Source of the DNA: a virus
Taxonomy: Duplodnaviria > Caudoviricetes
IMG/VR virus record: IMGVR_UViG_3300033145_000568
Span: 1-61,649 of that record
Strand: one strand, 5' to 3'
Length of the DNA: 61,649 nt
The translations under genes were made by a program, and so were the position numbers. Within the stretch, counting starts at the first letter, position 1. Each line of letters starts with the position of its first letter. This document shows positions 18,192 to 28,201 of this stretch, piece after piece. The notes beneath the pieces were generated by a model. It had not been told where the DNA came from. It made no database searches and worked only from the letters and a program-made list of their open reading frames with translations.

Positions 18192-20201
18192 CTATGTACC
18201 GGTGACGATTGGCACGGCTGCCACTTCGATCATATACTCATTACCTTCCGGGAGCCCTGGCAGCTGAATGAATTGCTGATTGCCAATGGTTACCTCATGC
18301 CATTCTCCCGCTGCCCAGTATATCTCATATCCTTCGCTAATTCCTGGCGCAATTGTCAATGCCTTCAAGAATGTGAGTTGATTCGCTGTGTTGGTGAGGA
18401 TCCTTTTTAGGTTGTCTGTTCCAAGTCGTGAGACAATTGTACAGACACCATCATTCCAATACTCGCCGTCTACGGTCGGTCCTGATTTTCCTGTCAAGTA
18501 GCAATAGCCACCATTGCGGAATTCATCTGGTGTCCAAGCCTTGTAACAATCCGTGAGTGTTGTTGTGGAGCCTGTTGTTACTGTTCCTGAATCCCGCGGA
18601 CTGAGTAATCTGTAGCGTAGCACATGCGTGCGTGTTCGCCCATCCTTTGCCCCGAACCACGACACATCAATAATCGGTGCTGGGGATCCCGCTACGTCTT
18701 TTCCCCATACGCTCTTCGCAATTATGTTCGTTGGCACTTTGGGTAACGGACCATGTAGAAGTTCAAGATATCGATCTTGTTTCCACTGATTGTCTGTCCG
18801 GGCTCGATCGAACCAATATCCGTAATTCCCTATTCTTCGTGCGAGGGTTCCTGCAATAACCGTATTACCAATTTCATCACCCTCTCCAAGCTTGAGCGTA
18901 ATTGATGTGATCCCGATATCCATGGTCTTCGACGGACTTACAATGCGGACAATATCACCACCCTCAATATCAAGAGCCAACCAAGGAATAACTGCTGAGA
19001 CTGCTATAGGAGGAACACCGACATCTGCTGCAGCAGCATTTGCTTCTCGCTGTGCTTCTGAGGGAGTGTCAATCCATGACAGATCATTCTCAACAATACG
19101 CATCCGCTTATGAAGACGCACTTCACCGGCCCCCGGAATCCCATAAAGTGCCAATGATTCAAGCTTCTCTGCATCCACATAGTGCGGGGATCCATCTTCA
19201 TCACTATAGAAGACTACTCGAACAAACGTGCGCACATTTGCTTCAGAGCGATTCGATCGTACGACACTGATGTTGCCTTCCAGGTCAATATCAGGGGTTG
19301 TGTTGTCTCGATCAGGATCAACAACAGTTGGCACAAAATCCCCTTGCGTCGTGTTGTACTTTTCCATCAGCATGAAGCCAATTGCGCTGATTGGTCTTTG
19401 GATGGCATCACCAATTGAAATGTCTCCAATTTCGTAACGCGAACAGAAGAATGTCAGAGTATCTTGCCCGGTTGGGGAGGGAGCAATCACAATATCCGCG
19501 CTGTGGCCATAGTCAAGAAGGATTTGGTTAAGCACATTGTTCGTTCCTGAAAACACGGTCCAGTACGTGGCATTGGGTGGCTCGTTATTTGTGCTGTTGA
19601 GAATGCATTGATAGGCTATCCCATCCAATGTCACTATATCGCCCACCACAAAGGCCGTAGTAGAATTCCAGATTCCCGACACATAACAGTCTGTATAGAC
19701 ACGACCCTCATCAATTTTGTCGATGTAGTGAGCGAAGTATTTTTGCATCACGCCAACAGCACGCACAACAATATAATCATTGCCCTCAATCCCCTCTTCA
19801 GGCTCAATTGAATCCGGCCCCAGCCGTCCACTGAAGACCATTGCATTTGCCCCTGCAACTGGATTGTCTCCAACACCATCATATTTGCCAATCCAAATCT
19901 GTATCTTGTGGTAACAGCCGAGCAAAGGAACTCCGGCAGGATTGAAGATGGATGTGTCTTCAGGATCAAGGCTTTCACTTGCCGATCTGTATTCCGGTGT
20001 ATTGAGAATAGTAATTGTTGCTGTCCATTTCCCTCCACTTTGAGCGTATGTCCATTGTAATGACTTTACACGAGACTTCCCTGGGAAGGCGGACCCGGTA
20101 GGATTCACAAGATCAATCCAATCTGTACCGTCGTGGATCTTTATCTGGCGGCCACTCACTTTCGATAAGATATGAGCATTTTCTATATCATTGCGGGCCA
20201 T
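18192..20201 (-). CDS. Baseplate hub / Tal-like tail protein with inserted modules
   Basis: Directly after the tape measure gene; ESLALYG and IEGGDIVRI hub motifs; CBM5/12-like insert; C-terminal FN3-like region. Confidence 0.7.
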   Translation of the reverse strand: MARNDIENAHILSKVSGRQIKIHDGTDWIDLVNPTGSAFPGKSRVKSLQWTYAQSGGKWTATITILNTPEYRSASESLDPEDTSIFNPAGVPLLGCYHKIQIWIGKYDGVGDNPVAGANAMVFSGRLGPDSIEPEEGIEGNDYIVVRAVGVMQKYFAHYIDKIDEGRVYTDCYVSGIWNSTTAFVVGDIVTLDGIAYQCILNSTNNEPPNATYWTVFSGTNNVLNQILLDYGHSADIVIAPSPTGQDTLTFFCSRYEIGDISIGDAIQRPISAIGFMLMEKYNTTQGDFVPTVVDPDRDNTTPDIDLEGNISVVRSNRSEANVRTFVRVVFYSDEDGSPHYVDAEKLESLALYGIPGAGEVRLHKRMRIVENDLSWIDTPSEAQREANAAAADVGVPPIAVSAVIPWLALDIEGGDIVRIVSPSKTMDIGITSITLKLGEGDEIGNTVIAGTLARRIGNYGYWFDRARTDNQWKQDRYLELLHGPLPKVPTNIIAKSVWGKDVAGSPAPIIDVSWFGAKDGRTRTHVLRYRLLSPRDSGTVTTGSTTTLTDCYKAWTPDEFRNGGYCYLTGKSGPTVDGEYWNDGVCTIVSRLGTDNLKRILTNTANQLTFLKALTIAPGISEGYEIYWAAGEWHEVTIGNQQFIQLPGLPEGNEYMIEVAAVPIVTGT

Positions 20202-20204
20202 TGT

Positions 20205-23200
20205 CTACATCCTTATTGGCGCGAATCCCACGCCAGCGTCATTTACATTCTTGCTTGTGAGTTCCTTGAGCATGATGGTCGTCAGTCGCTGTTGTGACAG
20301 ATTGATATTGATCGTTGCTCCATGGCCACCCGCTCCCGCCGCTGCATATTGTGCTGATGGACTGAAAGGATTGATCCCCCCCAATCCTGCTGCCGAGACC
20401 ATTGGTTGTGTCGAAAGCAATCCTGCTAGTCTATCAAGGGGCAGCACTACTTCAGGCCCTTGTTCCCCGATAAGAGAAAGCGTTGGGTCCATTGCAATTC
20501 CGCCTTTTCCCATAGCCTCAAAGTACGGAAGCTCATCAATATGCACTCCTAGCCATCCAAGAGCCCAATTTATTGCTGCGATGAATGCATTCCCGGCACC
20601 GATAAACAAATTCATGATACCGCCGAGCACATTAACAAAGAATGTGAATACACCGCCGACTGTTTCAAGAATTGATCTAAAACTATTAACAGCCGCATTA
20701 ATGAATTCTAAGCCCGTATTTATCGCACCAATCAGCCATTCCCAGTTTGACGTTTCTCCTTCAAGATCTTCTCCCAGCAGCCACGCCTTAATGTTGCCCA
20801 GAACAGTACCAAGATTCGTGACAATATCATTGAGAACGCCTTGTAGCCTCTCAAGAAGATTGTCCTTGATATCATCCCAGTTTTCGTTTACCCATGCACC
20901 GAACTCCTCGAACATGTCCAATACTGTGTCCACGAATGGCTGTATAGCCCCCCACACGTCTGTAGATAGCCACTCCCACCCTTCGGTAGAGAAGAAACCA
21001 ATGATGGCATCTAACCACCCATAGATTCGATCCAGCCACTCTCCTACCTGCGGAGCCATGTCCTCTTTCCAGAAAGGATCGACCATATCTGTCCAAAAGG
21101 TTCCGAATCCTTCCGCAAAGGCTTTTAGATCATCGACGAACACATCCTCAATCCATTTAGAAAGCTGATCCAGCGTCCATCCGAAAGTGTCAAGGACGGG
21201 CAAAATTCCCTCTATTATGGACGGGAAGATGGCTTCGTATGCTGCTTGTACAGTATCTCGAAAATTAGCAATTGGCTGAATGGCAAGAATGATTTCATCA
21301 CGGAATGGTTCCATTGCCTCTTGCCACCACGTTAGCACCTCGGATGGTTCTTCTTCTTCGGGGGTTGCCGTGCTCCAATCGAATTGGACTGCTTCTCCGG
21401 GTGTAGCTGCTCCAAATCGAGTTCGGTTTATCGGCCATCCAATAGGTACATTGAGGTTCGATAGAAGTTTCTGCCGTGCTTCCACCTCTTTTTTGATAGT
21501 TTCTTCCTGAATGATGAATAAATCAGTAATTGAAGTCAATATGTCTGCCAATGGCCATAGGAAGCCAAGAATCGTACTCATGATGTCAACTTGCAGTTGC
21601 GCAAGTCCTTCTTGGATTGAGGCAACGGACTCTGCTGACTGAACGAGATCCCAGAACGCACCAGCAAGGGCTTGTGATGCCTCTATGAGTTCGTCTTCGG
21701 TAGCCTTTTGTGCTGCTGCAGCAGCGGCTTCATCTTCTGCCCATTTGTCCATAATCCACGAAATGGCCCCAATAGCTAATCCAACCCCTGATCCAATCAA
21801 CGGAGACAGGGCTTCAGGCCCAGCAGCTGCGCCACCGAATCCTGCACGAATATAAGGACTTATTGCTCCAATAACAGCCGCAAGTTCTGACCCAAGATCG
21901 CCTGCGAACGCTCCAACTACCTGTGTTAAGGCATCAGTCGTAATTCCTGTAACATCAACCTTTGCTGCGGCAAGACCAAAATCTTCAAGATCCGCAATGA
22001 GTTTCAATAGTTGATCATCGGCCTTAATTCCTATTGAGGCCAACGCTTGTTGAAGACCAATGGCTGTTTGATAGAGGGATTGCAAGCCTTGCAGCGATTC
22101 TGCTTGAGCAATGGAGCCAGTTGTAGTCTCAGTGAAGGCTAAATGCAATTCATTAAATTGACGAATCAGGGCAGGAAGACTGCTTTCTCCAAGCAAAGCA
22201 TTGATCCTATCAACGAGAGCCTGAACCATCTTGGTTCCTGCCCAGCCCTTGTTAGTGAATACTTCAAGCACATCCTTTGAATCGCCCAAATAGTCCTGGA
22301 GTTTAGCAACGGCCTCCATTGTGCCTTCGACATTGGCAGGATCGAGTTTTGCAGCCTCAACAGCCACCTTACCGAACATCTCAGAGACCCAATCCCATGT
22401 ACCAGGCTGTGTGAGTGGCGGGGCTTCTTTGGTTTCTCCCTTTACTTCCTCGCGGAATAACCGGATTTGGGCAAGTGTATAGCCAAATGCTTCAGCAACA
22501 GTCTTTGCCACTTCATCTGATTCGTCTGCTAATTCTTTTTGAAGTATGCGGAGTTCGGTTGTCGATCGTGCCAGATCAAACGTGCGTTGTTCTAAATCAA
22601 TTATAGATACACCAAATTGCTCTAACCCGGCTTTAGCCGCTGCGCCAATTTCTGGGATGCCTTCTTTCATTGCTGTAAGCATCTGGTTAGTAAGCCCAGC
22701 CATGATTTCGGTCACTCGTGCTTGAACCATAAACACTAGCGGTTGCTTTACTATCCCTCCCCAAGCGGTTGTCCCTTCACCCATGGAGGGAACGGGAATC
22801 ATAGAAGGGGGAAGTGGAAGCCCTGTCGGGATTTCTTCTTCAATAGGACGAAGTTTTTTTACTTCATCTAAATACTTTTTCAGTGCATCGACATTATCCT
22901 CAGTTGCATCTTGCATGTCTTTTAACTTCGATACAAGAAATCCAATGCCTGTTCCCAGCAGCATCAATGTTGCAGAGATTGCTGCAACGACAGGATGAGC
23001 GTTTATGGCAACAAGGGCTGCATTTATTGCCCAAATACCGGCTGCCAATGCGCCTGCGGCAACAGCGCCGCCAGCCATGTACCCTGCTATATCAGCAAAT
23101 GCTTCTCCGGCAGGCCCCAACAGATCCACTATTATCTCAAATCCTTCCGATAGACCTGTCCATGATTTCAGGAATGATTCAATTGCAGGCATCAAAACCT

Positions 23201-24524
23201 CACCCACGCTGATTGCCACATCGTTGATCTGTGATTTCAACGTCTCTATTCGGTATTCCCACGACTGAGCTACTTTCTGGAAAGCAACATCCATCGTGCC
23301 TGCTGCGGCTCCTGTCCTCTCTAGGTCTAATGCAAAACCTGCGGCGGCAGTAGTTACCAACGGCAAGACAGCTGTAATCGCACGAACGTTTGTGAATAAG
23401 TTTTCGAGAGGAATCCCTCCTTTTTCAGCACCCTCCGAAACCAGTTTTAGAGCTCCAGCAAAGCCGTTCGCTTGGATCATCGATCGGCCAGTATCATAGC
23501 CTAAGTCTCTAATCAAATCTGCCAGATGTCCAGTGGGTCTGAACATTTGCATGATTGTCTGTCGCAATGATGTGACTGCCCAATCTGTTGCGATCCCCTG
23601 CCTGGTTAGGGTCGCAATTGCGGCCGTCATTTCTTCAAGCCGTGCGCCTGCTGGAGCAGCGACGCCTGCAAGGCGACCGAATTGAGCCGCTAATTCTGAA
23701 TAGGTTGTCTTGCCATATCTTACAGCAGTGAATAACAAATCATTAACGTGTTCTGATTCTGTTGCACTCATATTGTAGGCATTTAAGACGGTCGTCATCA
23801 TGTCTACTGCTGTTGTTATATCCGTTACGCCAGCTGCTGCCGCTCGCATACCAGATTCAAAGATCTCTGTTGCATCAGCCGCAAAGAAGGTCGCGCTGTA
23901 GATCTGATACATAGCTTTCGCGCCATGGGCGGCAAAAACGTTGTAATCGTAGGCTAGATTCCTGATCTCATCACCAAGAGCGTCAATGCCTTGTTGATTG
24001 AGATCTGTTAGAGTCCACAACTGATATAGCTCTTTGTTGTACTCTCGTTGTGCGTCTGTAGCCCCACTAGCCATGCTAAGGGTCTTTGTGATAGCTGCAA
24101 AAGCTGCCATGTAAGGCAAAACTGCCTTCATCATGGTCAGCATAGAGCCGATGGTCAATCCTGTCGCCATTGTTGCTGTACCAACGGCGGCTACGCCAAC
24201 AGACAGATCTACTGCACCAACGGCCATCAATTGTGTGGCCACAGCGCCTTGATGCATAGCAAGTGCAAGATTGTTCGATGAGAGAGTGGCCATCTGTTGG
24301 GCGCTCAATAGCCCCATAACTGCGCCCGTGACCATGTTGTAGCTAGTAACTAAGCCTGTATTTGCGGCAGCAATAGCAGCAGCAGCAGCCTGTCCCTCGC
24401 TGATCATCCGTGATGTATGGGATGCAAACGAAGTACCGACTCCTGCCATCTGAGATTCAAATTGAGCTCTTGGGACAACAATCTCTACGAATGCTCTACC
24501 GAGAGCACCTGCTTCACCTGCCAT
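20205..24524 (-). CDS. Tape measure protein
   Basis: 1439 aa, Ala-rich and helical; TP901-type core TAVRYGKTTYSELA; C-terminal MGKGG..IGEQGPEVVLPL. Confidence 0.93.
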   Translation of the reverse strand: MAGEAGALGRAFVEIVVPRAQFESQMAGVGTSFASHTSRMISEGQAAAAAIAAANTGLVTSYNMVTGAVMGLLSAQQMATLSSNNLALAMHQGAVATQLMAVGAVDLSVGVAAVGTATMATGLTIGSMLTMMKAVLPYMAAFAAITKTLSMASGATDAQREYNKELYQLWTLTDLNQQGIDALGDEIRNLAYDYNVFAAHGAKAMYQIYSATFFAADATEIFESGMRAAAAGVTDITTAVDMMTTVLNAYNMSATESEHVNDLLFTAVRYGKTTYSELAAQFGRLAGVAAPAGARLEEMTAAIATLTRQGIATDWAVTSLRQTIMQMFRPTGHLADLIRDLGYDTGRSMIQANGFAGALKLVSEGAEKGGIPLENLFTNVRAITAVLPLVTTAAAGFALDLERTGAAAGTMDVAFQKVAQSWEYRIETLKSQINDVAISVGEVLMPAIESFLKSWTGLSEGFEIIVDLLGPAGEAFADIAGYMAGGAVAAGALAAGIWAINAALVAINAHPVVAAISATLMLLGTGIGFLVSKLKDMQDATEDNVDALKKYLDEVKKLRPIEEEIPTGLPLPPSMIPVPSMGEGTTAWGGIVKQPLVFMVQARVTEIMAGLTNQMLTAMKEGIPEIGAAAKAGLEQFGVSIIDLEQRTFDLARSTTELRILQKELADESDEVAKTVAEAFGYTLAQIRLFREEVKGETKEAPPLTQPGTWDWVSEMFGKVAVEAAKLDPANVEGTMEAVAKLQDYLGDSKDVLEVFTNKGWAGTKMVQALVDRINALLGESSLPALIRQFNELHLAFTETTTGSIAQAESLQGLQSLYQTAIGLQQALASIGIKADDQLLKLIADLEDFGLAAAKVDVTGITTDALTQVVGAFAGDLGSELAAVIGAISPYIRAGFGGAAAGPEALSPLIGSGVGLAIGAISWIMDKWAEDEAAAAAAQKATEDELIEASQALAGAFWDLVQSAESVASIQEGLAQLQVDIMSTILGFLWPLADILTSITDLFIIQEETIKKEVEARQKLLSNLNVPIGWPINRTRFGAATPGEAVQFDWSTATPEEEEPSEVLTWWQEAMEPFRDEIILAIQPIANFRDTVQAAYEAIFPSIIEGILPVLDTFGWTLDQLSKWIEDVFVDDLKAFAEGFGTFWTDMVDPFWKEDMAPQVGEWLDRIYGWLDAIIGFFSTEGWEWLSTDVWGAIQPFVDTVLDMFEEFGAWVNENWDDIKDNLLERLQGVLNDIVTNLGTVLGNIKAWLLGEDLEGETSNWEWLIGAINTGLEFINAAVNSFRSILETVGGVFTFFVNVLGGIMNLFIGAGNAFIAAINWALGWLGVHIDELPYFEAMGKGGIAMDPTLSLIGEQGPEVVLPLDRLAGLLSTQPMVSAAGLGGINPFSPSAQYAAAGAGGHGATININLSQQRLTTIMLKELTSKNVNDAGVGFAPIRM

Positions 24525-24535
24525 GCGGCCTCCTA

Positions 24536-24862
24536 CTATGATTGCGGGCCTATTAGTCCATGAAACTCACTTTCTGTTCGTGCATCTTCAAACCGCGCTT
24601 CACTTGGGAGCAGGAGTTCCGGTGTGGCTTCCCTTATCTCAAGGGCTCTGGCTTTGATCTCTGTCGCGTCTTTACCCCCTGCTTCCGGGGGGAAGAAGTT
24701 CCACAGCCAGCGTCCAAACCGTTGCGCCTGGGTCACAAAATAGCTGAACTGGATGTCATCCCATGCTAGAACCTCATCCTCTGTCTTGCGGTAGAGGATC
24801 ATGCATGTAGCAATTGCCAGTTCGTAATCTATTCTGAGTCCTGCTCCCCGCTTGAGTTTTCC
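24536..24862 (-). CDS. Tail assembly chaperone, gpT-like portion reached by -1 frameshift
   Basis: The -1 frame from GGAAAAC is open (GKLKRGAGLRIDYELAIATCMILYR...) into ORF 24536..24802. Confidence 0.75.
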   Translation of the reverse strand, partial: GKLKRGAGLRIDYELAIATCMILYRKTEDEVLAWDDIQFSYFVTQAQRFGRWLWNFFPPEAGGKDATEIKARALEIREATPELLLPSEARFEDARTESEFHGLIGPQS

Positions 24863-25521
24863 GCATCACCGACAGTCTCCTTGACAATATCGTCCATTGT
24901 CATTCCGGGGCCGAGGGGTGCCTCTCCAGCCTTTTTCTGTTCGGCAAGCCCCACCACCCACAGGAAAACGTTTTCGAGCTTTCCTCCTGGCTCAGAACTA
25001 AACAACTTATCGGCAAACTCCGAATCGATTAGGGCAGTAACTTCTTTTTCTTCAGACTTCCCGTCGTCATGCTCTACGGTTACTGTGTATGTGATATTCG
25101 GACCATATTGAACTTCTAATGACTTGGCCAATGCCCACAGCATCTGATCACGAGTGATCCCAGAGAAAATGCGGTCTGCGTATGGCTCGAAGCGCTCCCA
25201 AATCTCTGTCTGGAGCTTTTCTGCCCATTCTTTTGCTTCCGCCTCACTCTTGGTGGTTTTGGGTTGTCCTTCTGCGTCACGAAGTTCTGCCATTGCTTTC
25301 TGTGCTCTTTGGAGCACTGTAGCCATTGTCATTGCTGCTTTGTTGCGGGTTGCAGCCAATGAAAACATATGATTGGTCTCTCTTACCTTTGTCTCGAACG
25401 CTCCCTGATGAGCAATCGAGAGTCGCGGGAACACAAGCATCTGTCCCGCGACCTCGAATTCTCGTTTGTGTGTCGTTGCACTTGCCTGTTCAATCGCTGA
25501 CTGAAGATTTCCTAGTTCCAT
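24829..25521 (-). CDS. Tail assembly chaperone, gpG-like
   Basis: Between the tube genes and the TMP; slippery site near its end. Confidence 0.75.
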   Translation of the reverse strand: MELGNLQSAIEQASATTHKREFEVAGQMLVFPRLSIAHQGAFETKVRETNHMFSLAATRNKAAMTMATVLQRAQKAMAELRDAEGQPKTTKSEAEAKEWAEKLQTEIWERFEPYADRIFSGITRDQMLWALAKSLEVQYGPNITYTVTVEHDDGKSEEKEVTALIDSEFADKLFSSEPGGKLENVFLWVVGLAEQKKAGEAPLGPGMTMDDIVKETVGDAENSSGEQDSE

Positions 25522-25631
25522 TTCATTCCTCCGTTATTCACATACTTTATGTAGCCTTGATTTTCGCCCGAGAGAGTCAGATTTTTTGCATTCCCATCAA
25601 TCTATCCCTACTCCAGGGCGGCTCTATCCAT

Positions 25632-25671
25632 TTGAGGCGATTTATGACCCCTCTCAGTCGATTTGCCCTGT
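25632..25671 (-). repeat. Dispersed hairpin element, copy 1 (degenerate)
   Basis: ttgaggcgatttatgacccctctcagtcgatttgccctgt. Confidence 0.7.
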
Positions 25672-25788
25672 GTGTCGGCGTTTCCGTGCTGCAATCGCTG
25701 TTTCAGCAACTTTTTTGTCTGCATTGTTGCTAACAGGAGCCTTTGACTTCACAGACTTCCTTTTCGTTACTTTCCTTTTCGTTACCAT
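25654..25788 (-). CDS. Small basic 44-aa protein (not in ORF track)
   Basis: AGGAGG RBS; MVTKRKVTKRKSVKSK...; stop lies inside dispersed repeat copy 1. Confidence 0.4.
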   Translation of the reverse strand: MVTKRKVTKRKSVKSKAPVSNNADKKVAETAIAARKRRHTGQID

Positions 25789-25800
25789 ATTTCCTCCTAT

Positions 25801-26880
25801 TTAATCTTTAGCTCGATCAACGAATCCAACAATCCCATCAACTATTAGCGTAAACGGGTTTTGCACCATACCAGCAAGCGGTGCGATAATCCCCGCAGCG
25901 GGAACCTTCGCCCAAAACTCAAATCGTTCATCGGCAGCCGCAACATCCGTGAAGACAATCACAAACACCTTTTCACCTGAAAGCAATTCGCTGTGATGCG
26001 ATTCCGAACCAAGCACTGTCCAATACGTGACATTAGGGGGCTCGTTGTTTGTGCTTGCCAGGATGCATGTGTAACTGCGGCCTTCGTGTTGAACAACATC
26101 TGGCCCAGAACTTCCACAACTGCCATCAGGTGAGTATGTATCCGATCCGTTCCATCTTTTCTGGACTCCCCAGTAATTCTTGATAGGGAGTTCACCGGCA
26201 TTGATCAAATGTGTCTCGAATGTCCTGAATTGCTTCTCATCTTGCATACTTTTGAACGTACTTACGTCTTCGCGTTCCCTGTTCTGATCGATTGAGAGGC
26301 TTTCGTGAGCGCCTATAACCTGTCGAAGGCATGTTGCACGCACATTGTCAACATAGAGCGTTTGAGGGGATGTAGGTTCAATGTCAATGACAAATGACTT
26401 CGTCGTCAGTGGGGCAGTGAGATAAAGAGACCAATAGCCCCAATTCGTATCACCATAGTTCGCATTGTTTGCAGTGATTGTTAGCACATCAGGAGTCCCG
26501 ATCGTAGCCTCTGCCGCGTTTCGGAATGTCACCGTCAGCGTTGCTTCCTTTGTCGTCTGCAGTTTTGCCCACAACGAAACTGAAAGCTTCTTGGTCTCAG
26601 TAAGGGCAGTAGCCAGTGTGATCGTTTGACTCAGCTTTGTATCGATTGCTGTATCAACGATCTTACAACCACCAGAGAGGTCATTGTATCCGTACTGGGC
26701 GCCCCAGGAAATTGATCCCGAACCTTCCGTCAAATCCCAAAAATCCAAGGACAATGCGTTGGTGAATTGCCCGCTGACACCATTAGTGCCAGCGAGCAGA
26801 TGCACTTCTTCCGCTGCCCCGCCAATATCGACCTTCTCAGACTTGAAGATCCCGGCTAAGTAGCCTTGCTTCAGTGCCAT
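25801..26880 (-). CDS. Second tail-tube-like protein with carbohydrate-binding inserts
   Basis: Shares MALxxGY, DVxxx..FRxFE and AKV motifs with 26896..27318; has a jelly-roll-like insert and a CBM5/12-like insert. Confidence 0.65.
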   Translation of the reverse strand: MALKQGYLAGIFKSEKVDIGGAAEEVHLLAGTNGVSGQFTNALSLDFWDLTEGSGSISWGAQYGYNDLSGGCKIVDTAIDTKLSQTITLATALTETKKLSVSLWAKLQTTKEATLTVTFRNAAEATIGTPDVLTITANNANYGDTNWGYWSLYLTAPLTTKSFVIDIEPTSPQTLYVDNVRATCLRQVIGAHESLSIDQNREREDVSTFKSMQDEKQFRTFETHLINAGELPIKNYWGVQKRWNGSDTYSPDGSCGSSGPDVVQHEGRSYTCILASTNNEPPNVTYWTVLGSESHHSELLSGEKVFVIVFTDVAAADERFEFWAKVPAAGIIAPLAGMVQNPFTLIVDGIVGFVDRAKD

Positions 26881-26895
26881 TGTAGTTCACCGTCC

Positions 26896-27318
26896 TTATA
26901 TCGTTTCGCCAAGGAACGTTGTCGGTGCGCCAGAGAATAGGAATGTAACGTTCTTAATCTGCATCTCGTTTTCCATTCTGGCCGTAACATTTATTCCAAC
27001 AACCTTTGCGTTGCCATCGATGTGCGGGTGTGCGCTTCCTGCCTCATCCTCGAATTTCAGCGGAGTGTTCGTGCCGCAGATGTACTTGGCTGCAATCTCC
27101 GCTATTTCTGGAAGTGAATAATCCCAGAGGATCGGGATCGTAATCTCAATTGGATCGAACAACCCGACCTCAAACGAACGGAACGGCAAGCTAGAATCAC
27201 CATGACAAGTTACGTCAATGCGCCCCCTGGAGGTGTCCAGTGTGATGTCAGCCCGTGTTTGTAGCACATGGTCAGTATCCCATGTGACTATTCCTTTATA
27301 CCCATGAGTAAGTGCCAT
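26896..27318 (-). CDS. Tail tube (major tail) protein
   Basis: 140 aa; IDVTCHGD..FRSFEVGLFD; ends VTFLFSGAPT; position in the module. Confidence 0.8.
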   Translation of the reverse strand: MALTHGYKGIVTWDTDHVLQTRADITLDTSRGRIDVTCHGDSSLPFRSFEVGLFDPIEITIPILWDYSLPEIAEIAAKYICGTNTPLKFEDEAGSAHPHIDGNAKVVGINVTARMENEMQIKNVTFLFSGAPTTFLGETI

Positions 27319-27332
27319 TGTATTTTCCTCCT

Positions 27333-27797
27333 TTACTTGAGTAACAAAACTTCATACCGTGCGCCTGCTCCATACATCGTGACCTCAGAGATAACATCCA
27401 CCTGTGGCCATGGATCACCGCGCATAAACAACCTAACAGATCCCCAAGCATCAGAGACAACAATGTCTCGACCGTCAAGTGCTTGAACTAATGCATCCAT
27501 AATCTTTAGCGATTCCCATTTCGTTTGTGCCCACACTGATGCCTGAAAACGAGACCAATGAGCCACTGCATCACCATCTGTCCCATGAACATATGCTGGA
27601 TCTCGGCCCCCGAAGGGATAATCAATAACCACAAAGCTTTCTGAAGGCTCATCCGGCCTTTGGGGATAGATCCTTGGAGCATCATCTGTGCAGTCATCAT
27701 AGACCAATTGTAAGAGGTGAGCCGTTCCCTCATGTGTATTGTCCTGAAGGGCAGCAAATAACGCCTCGGCAAACGGTACTATAAAGGCAGCATTCAT
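27333..27797 (-). CDS. Tail terminator (DUF3168-like)
   Basis: RIYPQRP..FVVI..FQASVWA..IMDALVQALD; synteny. Confidence 0.7.
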   Translation of the reverse strand: MNAAFIVPFAEALFAALQDNTHEGTAHLLQLVYDDCTDDAPRIYPQRPDEPSESFVVIDYPFGGRDPAYVHGTDGDAVAHWSRFQASVWAQTKWESLKIMDALVQALDGRDIVVSDAWGSVRLFMRGDPWPQVDVISEVTMYGAGARYEVLLLK

Positions 27798-28201
27798 AAT
27801 GATCCTATTCCTGTCATAATTCCTACAAGCTCAGCCCAAGATTCATCGAGGGTAATTGTCAACCATGGTCGCGGATCCATAATGCATGTCCCTGTTTCCA
27901 GGTATCCTGGATAAACAGCCAATCGTCCTGGCAGATCCTCTCCAATGATTCCTGCCTGCAACACCACGGAATTCCCACGATCAAATACAGTGTAGTCAAT
28001 GTAATCTCGCATTTCCACTATTTCCCTTGGGTCTACATGTGGATATTCCCATGGCTCCGAAGGCGGGGGTGATACACCCATAAAGTTGGCTTTGGCTCTC
28101 CCAACCAGCAACTCACCAGCAGCCTCCAAGCGCTGCTCAACATTCTTCATCACTACATTGATGAAAGAAGTCGCATTGAATTGAACACCTTCGTAAGCCA
28201 T
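27794..28201 (-). CDS. HK97 gp10-like neck protein
   Basis: YPGYLETGTCIMDPRPWL motif. Confidence 0.8.
   Translation of the reverse strand: MAYEGVQFNATSFINVVMKNVEQRLEAAGELLVGRAKANFMGVSPPPSEPWEYPHVDPREIVEMRDYIDYTVFDRGNSVVLQAGIIGEDLPGRLAVYPGYLETGTCIMDPRPWLTITLDESWAELVGIMTGIGSL

Noticed and set aside
19554-26070. The two near-identical CBM segments as another TR/VR pair
   Set aside because: Mismatches are mostly at third codon positions and are not adenine-specific
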